NCBI RefSeq assembly: GCF_037042905.1
Contig: NC_087245.1
Location: forward strand, 5,148,001-5,208,000
Source: Lytechinus pictus
Lineage: Eukaryota
Direction: 5' to 3'
DNA length: 60,000 nt
Shown in pieces: positions 49,391 to 60,000 of this stretch. Every line of letters begins with the position of its first letter. The stretch's first letter is position 1. Both the position numbers and the translations under genes were made by a program. The notes below the pieces were generated by a model that saw only the letters and a list, made by a program, of their open reading frames with translations, made no database searches and was not told where the DNA came from.

Positions 49391-51203
49391 GAAGTAGACG
49401 CACAATTCTGTCTTTTGTTGTTTTTTCCTCAATCACAGTATTAAGAGCTCTTCCAGTGATCAAAGTTCCAATATTTTATTTTGAATTTTGAATCAATTCT
49501 GTCTCACCACTGCATCATGATCTTTTGAAAAAATGATGGTTTTGAGTTTCTTATCGATATAAAGAGAATTCCAATCATGGAAGGTATTCGGATTGATAAC
49601 ATTTAAATCAATAAAAAATTGATGACGTGCGTTATTTAACTTGGTGAGATGATACAATGGTAGGTATTTGAAGCCGGGGTCATGCAATATTTCCACCACC
49701 TTCATTTGCATTTAATGAAGTTTTTGCTAAATTGATTTGAAATCTGAATAACTTCAGTGTGATAATTTGTGTCAAACCAAAATCACTAATCGTATCGGAT
49801 CGGGATAATTAAACCTGTGCTTTCTTACTGTTTTTTTTTCCTTCAAACCCGCCATTTTCCTGTCATGACAAGGTTACCAATTATTATCATCTAATACTGT
49901 GATAATTTATCTCTTTTCTGGATCGCATCAATCTCCTACCTCATCATGTTCCTTTACTTCAATATTGGCAAGATTTACCACTTAAGGTCTGTTACCATTT
50001 GATGGAAGCCCTTTTAGTATTCTCATTGGGAAACCTATCGGATCCAACTGGTCCAGGAATGCCAGGAATAATGTTCAAATATTTATACTAATAATTCTGT
50101 GGATTCACAATGGTGCGGACAACAGTGAGCATATGGGATAAGATTGGCATTTGTGGTTGTACCCCCACGGAGAAATGGTCAGTTTGCCATGCCTGCGTCA
50201 TGCTGGGTAACGAATTAAGATTTAATAATATTTTCATAATAAATCATAGGAATTATTTGCGATGCCTGAAGCTTAGCATGCACAAGGAAGGGTTTATTCG
50301 TCCTGACATCACATGTGTATCTTTACAAATATTGCTGTTGACACGATGATGTCGCAAAATTCCTTAAGATATCCAGAATCCCTTTTGTTTCATTTTCCGT
50401 CTTAATCTTGTTTACGATTAAGCTCGAGAGTGATACGGGATAAACGTTAATCCGCATTTTGATTGATATTATTTTTTCTCATTTTATTCGAGATTGTCAT
50501 TCCGCTTGAAATTTTCCCATCCATGATTGATAATAAGTCCCGAACTTTTTTACCATTGAAATGTAATAAAAAAGATCTACATCATTATTGTTTAACAACT
50601 GTTATGGAAAGTGAATAACATTGAATGTTCACTGTCTTACTTTAGAGGGCACCTAAATCAATTGATATTTGCTTACACTCTATAAGGATTACAGATATCA
50701 TAATTAGATACAAGTTGTTGATATAATGATACTTATCATGCTTATGTATACTTACACACAAATGACTGATTTCGCGTGAATACAAATCCGTGATCACGAG
50801 TTTATACTTACACACAAATTATTACATACTTACTACTTTTACAGAAAAGTGATTAGTCTATACGTGTATCCTTGCATAAAATGGTTTGTAAGCTCTGTAG
50901 ATATAACCAATGTGACTCAATGGAAGAGTAGTGGTGAATATGGTGAAGGGAGGGAAGTACACTTCCTGCGTATTTTGAAATTGGTTAAAGATATATAATT
51001 GCTGGAATTATGTTTCTACCATTACGTCAGTTGATTTTCTATACCTCCCTCTTTTCTTTGATTTTCCTGTTCACAATATACAGTTCCATATATTCTTTGA
51101 GTTGTAATGTGTGGATGACTGAATCTTTGTCAAACAACCTTATCCTCAAGGGAGAATGTTGATTGTGTCTGTTCAATTACATGTTTTTTTCTCTCTCTTT
51201 CAG

Positions 51204-51416
51204 TCCAGGGGATCCTCATCATGCTCAATATCCTGCGCCAGCATCAAAGTCCAAACCTACCCTTTCGTTTTCTTGATGCAAGACTCAGTCTAAATTTACT
51301 ACTTTCTATCTTGTACTTTTGGGATTGATAACTTATATCTTACCTCATTATCACACAAGTAGGGTATCTTGCATATCACAGTATCGGATTTAAATGGATG
51401 GGATAAACTAATCAAG
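51204..51416 (+). other. Candidate non-coding exon (213 nt)
   Basis: Very strong acceptor tttttttctctctctttcag, donor aag|gtacta; stops in all three frames. Confidence 0.35.
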
Positions 51417-51421
51417 GTACT

Positions 51422-51703
51422 AATGGATAATTCGCTTTTCCGTTCCAATCATCGAAAAGCAAAAGTTGAATTCTTCCCCGTGGTTCGGTTTTTGAAAACA
51501 CAAAAACAAAATCACAACGAGAAAAAAGTGTTGTGATTTCGCTTTTGTAGATGAGAAACAGAAAATTTAAATCAAATATTTTTTTCCTTTTTCTGATTTC
51601 TCATTCTAAATTTTTGGGGTTTTTTTTATATAAAAAACAAAATCAGAACACGGTTTTAGCTCTGTGGCTCTGTTTGCAAAAACGCAAAAAGCAAATCGTC
51701 AAA
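51422..51703. mobile_element. Decayed IS3EU-like MITE
   Basis: atggataattcgcttttccgtt ... aacgcaaaaagcaaatcgtcaaa imperfect inverted ends; no clear TSD. Confidence 0.35.
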
Positions 51704-51719
51704 ATTGATTATCAAATGA

Positions 51720-51945
51720 ACATAATTCCCAAGGATATCAATATTTGTTTTAATAACATGTTTACGTTGTGCCTGTACATGTTATTTATTACTGTATTAT
51801 ATCTTGTTCATTACTTACCTAATATTTTCATTATTGATATTATTATTTTTTTTTTTTTTACCAGGGCCACATGGAAGTCCACCAAATCGGTGATATGTGC
51901 CACCCTGTATAAATATCAGAAATGAATGAATAAATAAATATATTC
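51720..51945 (+). mobile_element. Probable LINE 3' UTR and tail
   Basis: cagggccacat..tgtgccaccctg stem followed by gaatgaataaataaata tail. Confidence 0.4.
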
Positions 51946-52535
51946 AAATAAACATGGTTTATACCTGTATAGGACAAATCGCTTATAGTACGAGCCATTT
52001 TGTCATTTTTTTAACCATTTTGACAGATAGCTTCAGGATATCTGGGTTATTCTAAATTTAGATGAAAACATTCCAAGCTTAACTGGATACAAAAAAGATA
52101 GCGGTACATTGCCAAAACACTGATCGGAAACTGAAAGTAGCAGCGGATTTCAGGTCCCATTTGTTTTCATTCTATCAATGCAATTTATGACAATAATATT
52201 GATTGAAGTTAAGTTTATCGTATTTGATGTGCTGTTTACTTTATTGCCCGGAGCATGTTTCATCCAAACATTTTTCCTTGAAACAAAGCCTTCCCGCATT
52301 TCAAGCCAATTGTCATGATCAATTCAAGCACTGCTTAAGTATGTCATTCCAATGAAAGAGAATTCTTGATTTAACGATGGGAGGGAACATCCGGGGGAGC
52401 ATGTGATTTCCATGTATCATTAGTCACTTGATGATGAGCTGTAGTCATTATACATGTACAGTCTACCAATACTCCGTTGGGAACGATCATTTTGAATGGC
52501 TTAGACTGTAATGTTCAAGAGAAGCTGCTTCTTTA

Positions 52536-53721
52536 AGCCCCTTTCACAATTGACGTACGACCATTTGCGACCTTTTGGTCGTGCGACAGGCTGCAACAGG
52601 CATCAATCGCTAGTCATCTCATAAGATCGCACAGAGGCTTTCACAGTTGCAACAACTGTCGTACAACAAAAACAACCAGTAAACCCCGTTGCACGAGTAA
52701 GTCGCATATGCTCTTATTGTGCTCGTGCGATCACAAGCGAGTGTTGCACGAGGGATTGCGAGTGGAACGGTCGCATACATGCGAATGGAACGGTAGTGCA
52801 ATGTTGTAAGCCGTTGCGATCGGTCTTGCAACAGTCTTATGGCCCATATTATTATCGCAACCAGTCGCAAGACAGGTCTCTGTACATGTAGGTCGCTTGC
52901 ACATGTGCAAGTGTTGCACGACCTCCAGTCAAGTAAATGCGACTACTTAGTTGTGCCAACTCTCGCACCAAGTCGTACAACGTTGAACAACACTCGCACG
53001 ATGATCGCCCGACCGATGGTACGACCCCGGGTACGGCCTGATGCGAGTGAATCGATCGTATTTGATCGCGTTCGGATTTTGAACATGTTCAAAGTTCAGA
53101 TGTGACCAGTCACGACCACCTCGAGTTCGTGCGACCGTCTACAACGACTGCGAGTGCTCGCAAGACACCAAGAGATCGATCGTGCAACAACAAGAAAAAA
53201 CTGTTGCAGGCAGTCGTAAACTGGTCGGACGTCAATTGTGAAAGGGGCTGAACGGTCGCATACATGCGAATGCAACGGTAGTGGAATGTAGTAAGCCGTA
53301 ATTTCGATCGGTCTTGCAACAGTCTCATATTATCGCACCCAGTCGCAAGACTGGTCTCTGTAGGTCTCCAGCACATGTGCAAGTGTTGTACGACCTCCAG
53401 TCGACTAAATGCGACTATACTTAGTTGTGCCACCTCTCGCACCAAGTCGTACAACGTTGAACAACACTCACACGATGATCGCCCGACCGATGGTACGACC
53501 TGTTGCGAGTGAATCAATCGTATTTGATCGCGTTTGGATTTTGAACATGTTCAAAGTTCAGATGCGACCAGTCACGATCACCTCCGACCACCTCGAGTTT
53601 GTGCGATCGTCTACAACGACTGCGAGTGCTCGCAAGACACCAAGGGATCGATCGTGCAACAACAAGAAAAAACTGTTGCAGGTGGTCGTAAACAGGTCGT
53701 ACGTCAATTGTGAAAGGGGCT
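52536..53721. mobile_element. PIF/Harbinger-type MITE with duplicated right two-thirds (three termini)
   Basis: tta|agcccctttcacaattgacgtacgacc ... ggtcgtacgtcaattgtgaaaggggct|tta; an internal right TIR ends at 53249; 52765-53249 is repeated as 53250-53721. Confidence 0.9.
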
Positions 53722-54659
53722 TTAGAAACGACATGGTACTTCCCAATAACAATATGGAAAAAGAAAGTAATTCAGATCCAAATCTTTTATTTCATTAAAT
53801 AGATGCACATCCGGCATAATTTACTGAAAGGGAACTATGCAGTGGTGCATGCATACCTGACATGGACTAATAGACAATCAGTGAATGATCGGGGTCAAGT
53901 TTTGGCATGTTTAGTGACGCTTTGGCAACCCAATGCGAATTATTGTGTTGTTTACTGAACAAATTGTCATGTTAAAAGTTTAAACATGATATCTCAAAAA
54001 ATGCAAAGAGCCTATATGAAAATTACGTTTTCTTTAGGTTTACCACTATGTAATTAAAGGTTGAAAAGGGTCAGAAATATTTTTTTGTTTCAAAATATGA
54101 GTACCCCAGGAACTATTTCCGGTGTAATCCCTCTCCGAATCCAAAGCATCCATTCTTATCTAAACATCTTTTGACGACAGGTATTAACCTCACTCCGCTA
54201 ATCTGAACAGAAAATATTATCCCTATTTTTTTTTTTTTTTGGGGGGGGGGGGAGGTGACAGTTCCTACATTTTCTCTTCCTTCGCCTCCGTTTCCCTTTG
54301 TGTCTGAGAAAATTGTATTAGTTCTTGCAAATTATTAAAGATTTAAGAACATCGACATTTCTAGGCACCATGGAAGAATAATCCATATTTCTATAGTGAT
54401 AACACTGAAATGGGTATTTCTTTTCTTAAGCCTTTAATGTGCCTACTTCTTTATATTTTTATATAGTCTGTTTCCTCTTATTTTGTCATGAAAGTTTATT
54501 GGTTTGAAACTGCATTCAGGTTAACAGCTCACGTCTTAGTAGCAGTATACAGTAGTAGTAACAATAATAAGTAATATATATTGCATGATGTAAGTAAATT
54601 GAAATGTTTCTTATTAAAAGGAAACACCACAAAAACTGAAATGATGGGACAAATCATTG

Positions 54660-54909
54660 CACTCTAAAAAATATTGGGTAAAAGCGTTTCATGAAGTTAA
54701 TTATGTGTCCAACCAACATTGGGAATTTATTTGGGGTATTTTTATTCATCCATTGTGATGAAAATTTTGCCCATTCTAAAGTAATTGCTGCTTATTTTAA
54801 CCTTCCTGGACAATAAGCTTCTCGCATTGGGTGAAATACTTCCCCTAATTGGTTGGAACCATAATTACCCTCGTGGTGGTGAAAAATTTACCCAATAATT
54901 TTTACCGTG
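54660..54909. mobile_element. CACTA/EnSpm-like MITE, copy 2
   Basis: cactctaaaaaatattgggtaaa ... tttacccaataatttttaccgtg; shares taattatgtgtccaaccaacattggg and gtgatgaaaattttgcccattctaaagtaattgctgc with 39065. Confidence 0.8.
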
Positions 54910-57900
54910 GTTGTAAATCTAAACTAGGGGATTTCTTGAAGCATCCCATTAACATTCATCATCCCCATCAACGACCGCCATCCTTCTGTAGCAGCTTCAA
55001 GTTGGTGACGGACGTTTAACCTCTGTAATGCAATCTGGATTGACACTGCTTATATATCATCCTGCCCATCTGACATGTATGAAGGAGGATGCCGATTTCA
55101 TGCCCGCTCCCAATAGAGTTTTTTAACCTTGTCATCAATGGCAACGATCTGGACTTCTTCAAAACGTCATAATGAAAGTCATGTCTGTTTTGATACGATC
55201 ATTACACAAGATGAGTCGTGGACGTAACCGTGGATATGGATATATTGTGGAAAATTGTGACATTGAAGGGATTTTTGTAATGGAGGAAGTCATTAGAAAT
55301 TAACTGCCTGTTTAACACTAAAATGCATTTCATATTGATTCAAAGTCTTTTGTTTGAACCCCTCCGCTATGAGCACCCATTTGTTTGCTCTTTCATGTTA
55401 TTATTCTGATTTAGAGCAATTCGGATTTAGAGCCGTAACAATTAATCTATCTTCGGAATGCTAAACTATTCCTCGGACCTGATCGGTGAAGGTTATTTGT
55501 GAACATCAAGTTCCTAGAGGTATCGAGTGTCACGCCATGGCCATTCTCCGTGTTTTGCATCGACCCTAATTGGCATATTATGAGATTTGAAAGGAGTTTA
55601 GCGCGACTTCAGACTAGCAATTAAATTATTTTATTCGGAGAAGGTAAAATACACTATCCAATTCACCTCTTTTGGCTGCTATTGAGACAATCATTGGGAA
55701 ACGTGTGCTGCTAAGTTGCTTCAGTCAAGTTGGTGATTACGTCCTTGCCTAAGGGTTCCAAGACCAACTCAAGATCAGTGAGCTTCTGACATGATCTAAG
55801 GTAGCTTTGCCAAGTTAACATATATTTCTTGGAGGAAATTAAGTAGACGGAGAATGGGGTGTGAGAGGCAATATTCTTCATGAGGGAAAAGTTCCAGTAA
55901 ATTGCTTTTGTCCTTTTCTCCATTAACTGTAAACGTGCATTTTTTTTAAGCTCCAGGGGATGGTCTGCTCTAGTTTACATCCTTTCTATTAAATATAAGG
56001 ATTCTTTCACTCATAGTATGGAAATATAATGTTAGTTCGGCCGATGATTTACTTTTCTTTTCCGCTTTTTCTTTTGGATGCATTTTCTGACCAGAAGTTG
56101 CCTCGAACAGCAACGTGTTATCAGTTTGTTGTAATTAATGCAAGACCCTTAAGCAGTTTACTCAGAAGTATCGACCTGCTTGGAAATGGGGGATCGGATT
56201 GACATACAACTAGCTTAATTCAGTGTAAGCAGTTATTCATTGGATATTAGTTTCAATTAAGCTTTCACACAGAAGTGGACCGACACTTCAAATATGATTT
56301 TTTTTTTATTCATTTGCGTTTCACACTAAAAAGAAATGATTGATTTTTTTGTTGTTTTTGTTAATGATGGGAAGCAAGCGATTATGTTGTTGACGACTGC
56401 GATTTTAAGCGATGGCGAGTTTTAAGTGAACCTCTTTCTTGGTCGATTTTGATAACTTGAAGTTTGATGGTTAGATACTTGGAAATCGAGAGTGACAGGG
56501 ATCCAAGATATTAAATGACATAAGGCAGAGACATCACAAACTTTGTTTTGAGAGCTATGTTTGTTACAGATAGGTCATTTATTTTACTCGTGGTGCAAGC
56601 CAAATACAGGATTTTTTAAAACTGGTCCATACATAGAAAATAAAGCAATTCATTGTTTAGACAAAATACAAAATTGGAATTACTGATAAGACAATTACAA
56701 AAAAAGTATTTCATGATCATAGACACTCGATGATGATAATCTATTCTATAGTATGCATGGTGTATGTTCATTATTATTATATACAACGCTTCTTTTACCC
56801 TTCCTTTCTTTAGCTTAACGGACTAATACATTCCATTGTCTATGCAATTAAAGTTACTGCATCAGAGTGATGCTTCATCAATTATTAGAATGTGTTTTAT
56901 GAACGTGTCAAGCACAAATAGTCTCAAATATTTCCATTCGCAATAATTCAGATTTGCTGTATCTATTGGTGAAATGATTATCCTAACTTGAGTTCCCTGG
57001 GAAAAGGGATAGATTGTAAGCTGTGTAAGTATAGTTCATGTATCTGAATGTCTCGATCGATTTGAACATAGCAACCATCTGTCAGGTGCAGATTCTGAGT
57101 GTCTTCCACGATCATTAAGGGTAAAGGCCAAGTATCGAACATTGCTCACCTTGTACAATAGGCCGGATATTCATGGCCGTGTTCAACTTTGTTGATTTAC
57201 AAAAGCAAACATTGAATTCCTGTAGAAAAAGATATAGTTCTATTATTTGATTTTTTTTTCAAAATATATTTCATGTTATATAATCCCAAACACACATACA
57301 TGTATATATATATATATGGGATTAAAATGGATATTAGGTGATATCCACGTCTGAATGAATAATTCTAGATTCTTAAAAAAACAATTTCTTTCGACGATAC
57401 ATATTTTGAAACTTGATTGAATCTTTGATATTCGACAGCTTTGACAGCAGAAGTATTTCCTCCCAAAAGAGTTTAATACTATTGCAGACAGCCTTACTCG
57501 TATAATATAGAGTTAACCAATGCTTCTTGGTGTAATTAATTGTTAACATGGTTAATCTGGTCGTTAAGTGACGTTCATTTCATTTTTGTTGTTGTCGTGT
57601 TCACCTTTCTACAATTCGCCTAATAAATTTCCAATGGACTTGATTCAAGTACATTCAAGATGACATTGCTCTTGATGAGAAGTACTTCTAATTCGAGGCT
57701 CAATGTTAACTTAAAATAGAGTGTCCGCACAAAGTGGTGAGAATTTGGATGGCATACCAATAAAACGGCTTTTCATTTTGCAGAAGTTGAAGTTGAAGAT
57801 AAAATTTCGACGTTTTATTTTTTGCGCTCCTTCTGGTGAAGCGTTTCCTCTAATACACACTCAGCCTAGATGCGTCAATTTTTTTTTGAAAGCCGCCATT

Positions 57901-58707
57901 TGCTGTCTCTTGAAATATTTGTGAAAATGGTGAATATGATACCAGCAATAACAGTTACTTAAACAATTATATTTACATCTTGCGTGTGGATCATAGTGTA
58001 TCATAGTCAGTTAAAAATTAGCAAAATATCTAAGCCTTCTGACCTATAATGTCATCATAAGTTTTATATTATATTCAATGATAATTATGTCTTATTGTCT
58101 TTTGTTTTAAAAATTGTTGTAATTCGGATACATGACGTGATTTAAGTTTTTACCTGAATATAAACCCTTTTGATTAGAATTGATTTGAACCATTTCGAGG
58201 AATGCTGTAAATGATAAATGGATCTTACAAAATGCAAGGCAAGTTGAAAATGAGCAGACGTAGCTGAAAACTAAAAAAAAAACTACTTGTTTCGATTGAA
58301 ATCTGCCAAAAATCCATCAACTGGAAACGCCTTTCCGTTTATCAGAATCACTTTACAATTAAATTCATTCACATGTTAAGAAGCACTCTGTTCGTTATTT
58401 ATCATGAATGTGACCTATTGTAGCTCAGTTTCTCACATAAGACAAAACTTTCAAAATTTAGTCGGCGTGTGCCGTAATAATTACCGTCATCAAGATTATA
58501 CCCCATGGTGGATAATGGTTAGTCGGCATGTGGCTTACAGTGTATTATGGAGCCCATTAAAATATGTCATACCGTACGATTTCCGTAAGGAAGCTCAAAT
58601 AGCCTGTGCTGCCTTCGTACGACGTCCGTGCATCGATCGTGAAATTTTGAGCATGCTGAGTAGACAGTGGGGGCAAAACATATATATTGTATGGAGATCG
58701 AAATATG

Positions 58708-58820
58708 ACTGGTCGGAGTAGTGCCCATCTGGACAGAGTTACTCCGACCTTTCCTCCGACATGGCTTCCTCGGACCCTTCCTCGATCCGACCAAAATAGT
58801 CTACACCTGGGTAGTGATAA
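58708..58820. repeat. Solo fragment of the 86-bp-array element family
   Basis: gtcggagtagtgcccatctggacagagttactccgacct plus the right-arm-like ttcctccgacatggcttcctc..ccgaccaaaatagtctacacctgggtagtgata. Confidence 0.75.
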
Positions 58821-60000
58821 GATAGATATCTTGTCTGATCGAGTCTAGTACCAGGTAAATATTGATCCTATTCTTTCACGACGTTTTTATAGGTAAAGAT
58901 GGAAGGTTACTTTATTTTCAATATATTATGGATCTAATCGGAGCTCTTGATGAAAAAAAAAATCTTGCATTGAATTCATTGACATCACAGTATTACACCA
59001 TCAATTTTCCTTACTTAATCTACTGCATATTATGATAAAAAGATAAGTGAAAACAAGATTAAACATGGTGTATATGTGCCTCTATGTTTACGACAATAAA
59101 CATGGTTTTTATACTTCGTTTTTTTTCTTAAGGCGATCTTGTTATGAAGGAAAGGGGTTATTTTCGCCTTGGGTTTGAATAGCCCAGAAGAAAGTCAATT
59201 ACATTTCCCTAGCAAGTTATTTGATTTTCTGCAGATTTCAAGCACATTTTAGTGATTGAGAATATATTCCCCGGATGAAAAGTTTGTTTCCCAGTGAAAT
59301 TATAGCTCCCTCTAGAAGTTTCACTTTTTCTAACCATCCCTTCTAATGGTAATTTCCTCTTAGTTACCCCATCCCATACTATCAGAGGCTACACCCCTTC
59401 CAGCTACACATTCAGCACTCCATCAACCCCAGCTGGAGAGTACTTTATGGGAAACTCGTGGGGAATGCTTAGCGGTCTTCCGCGTACTTCAGTGATAAAA
59501 GACTTCCAGAGTTGATTAGGGGATGATGACGGGTGGCAAGTCAATTGGAGTCTGGAGATCAATCAAACTTCTTTTTAAAGGCGAGGTGTTGTGCAACAAG
59601 AATATCTTGATTGAATTTATTGGGGAGAGTTTGATTACTATGACGTCTTTATTTTATTGAATAGTCGACAGTGAGAGGATTTTACACGTTGTTTTTTTTT
59701 GTAGATTTTAGTCATGTGATCGCCCAGTTTGGATTTATGGCGTTGAGTGGAATATTATCTTAGCATTATAGTTAGGATAAATTAATATTGCGTTTTTTGT
59801 TGAATAATAAACACACACAAATACTGAATAAAAGCAAACATGGAAATGTATTTGCAGTGTACCTAGTGATCTATATGACGAAGATTTCCTGTGTCGTGTA
59901 TTTGTAGATTTATTCTGTATTGACATATCTACGAGTTACATGAAAAAATGTGTCTTTCCACTCTGCACATCGAAGGATGAAGCTATAACTTTTCCTTTTC

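Noticed and set aside
52619..53798. Cluster of 60-135-aa ORFs as a transposase
   Set aside because: Overlapping ORFs on both strands of a GC-richer MITE; no DDE or Myb/SANT motifs recognisable.
59363..59515. Possible coding exon after ttcctcttag
   Set aside because: The frames I translated close within ~50 codons, no recognisable protein, no clear donor.

Overview
AT-rich, gene-poor eukaryotic DNA, most likely an invertebrate animal. The repeat repertoire resembles that of echinoderms such as sea urchins, but this is inference only. I found no intact protein-coding ORF, rRNA, tRNA gene or CRISPR array; the supplied ORFs are microsatellite, repeat or chance frames. The window is dominated by transposon remains. 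These include a decayed Academ-type transposase with its right terminus, CR1/L2-type LINE fragments, two tRNA-derived SINEs and Helentron-type (HINE) elements carrying ~150-bp satellite arrays. There are also many MITEs whose termini and target-site duplications (TSDs) can be read directly (Tc1/mariner, hAT, PIF/Harbinger, Kolobok, piggyBac, CACTA/EnSpm, IS3EU, MULE/Merlin, P-like). An element enclosing a 16-copy 86-bp hairpin-rich array, two tiny TSD-flanked palindromes and several local tandem duplications stand out. Weak splice and promoter signals suggest the window may hold 5'-UTR exons and long introns of a + strand gene. I see no convincing wholly new biological system; the best leads concern transposon biology and TE-borne regulatory motifs. 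Superfamily calls rest on terminus and TSD rules and recalled protein motifs, not database searches.
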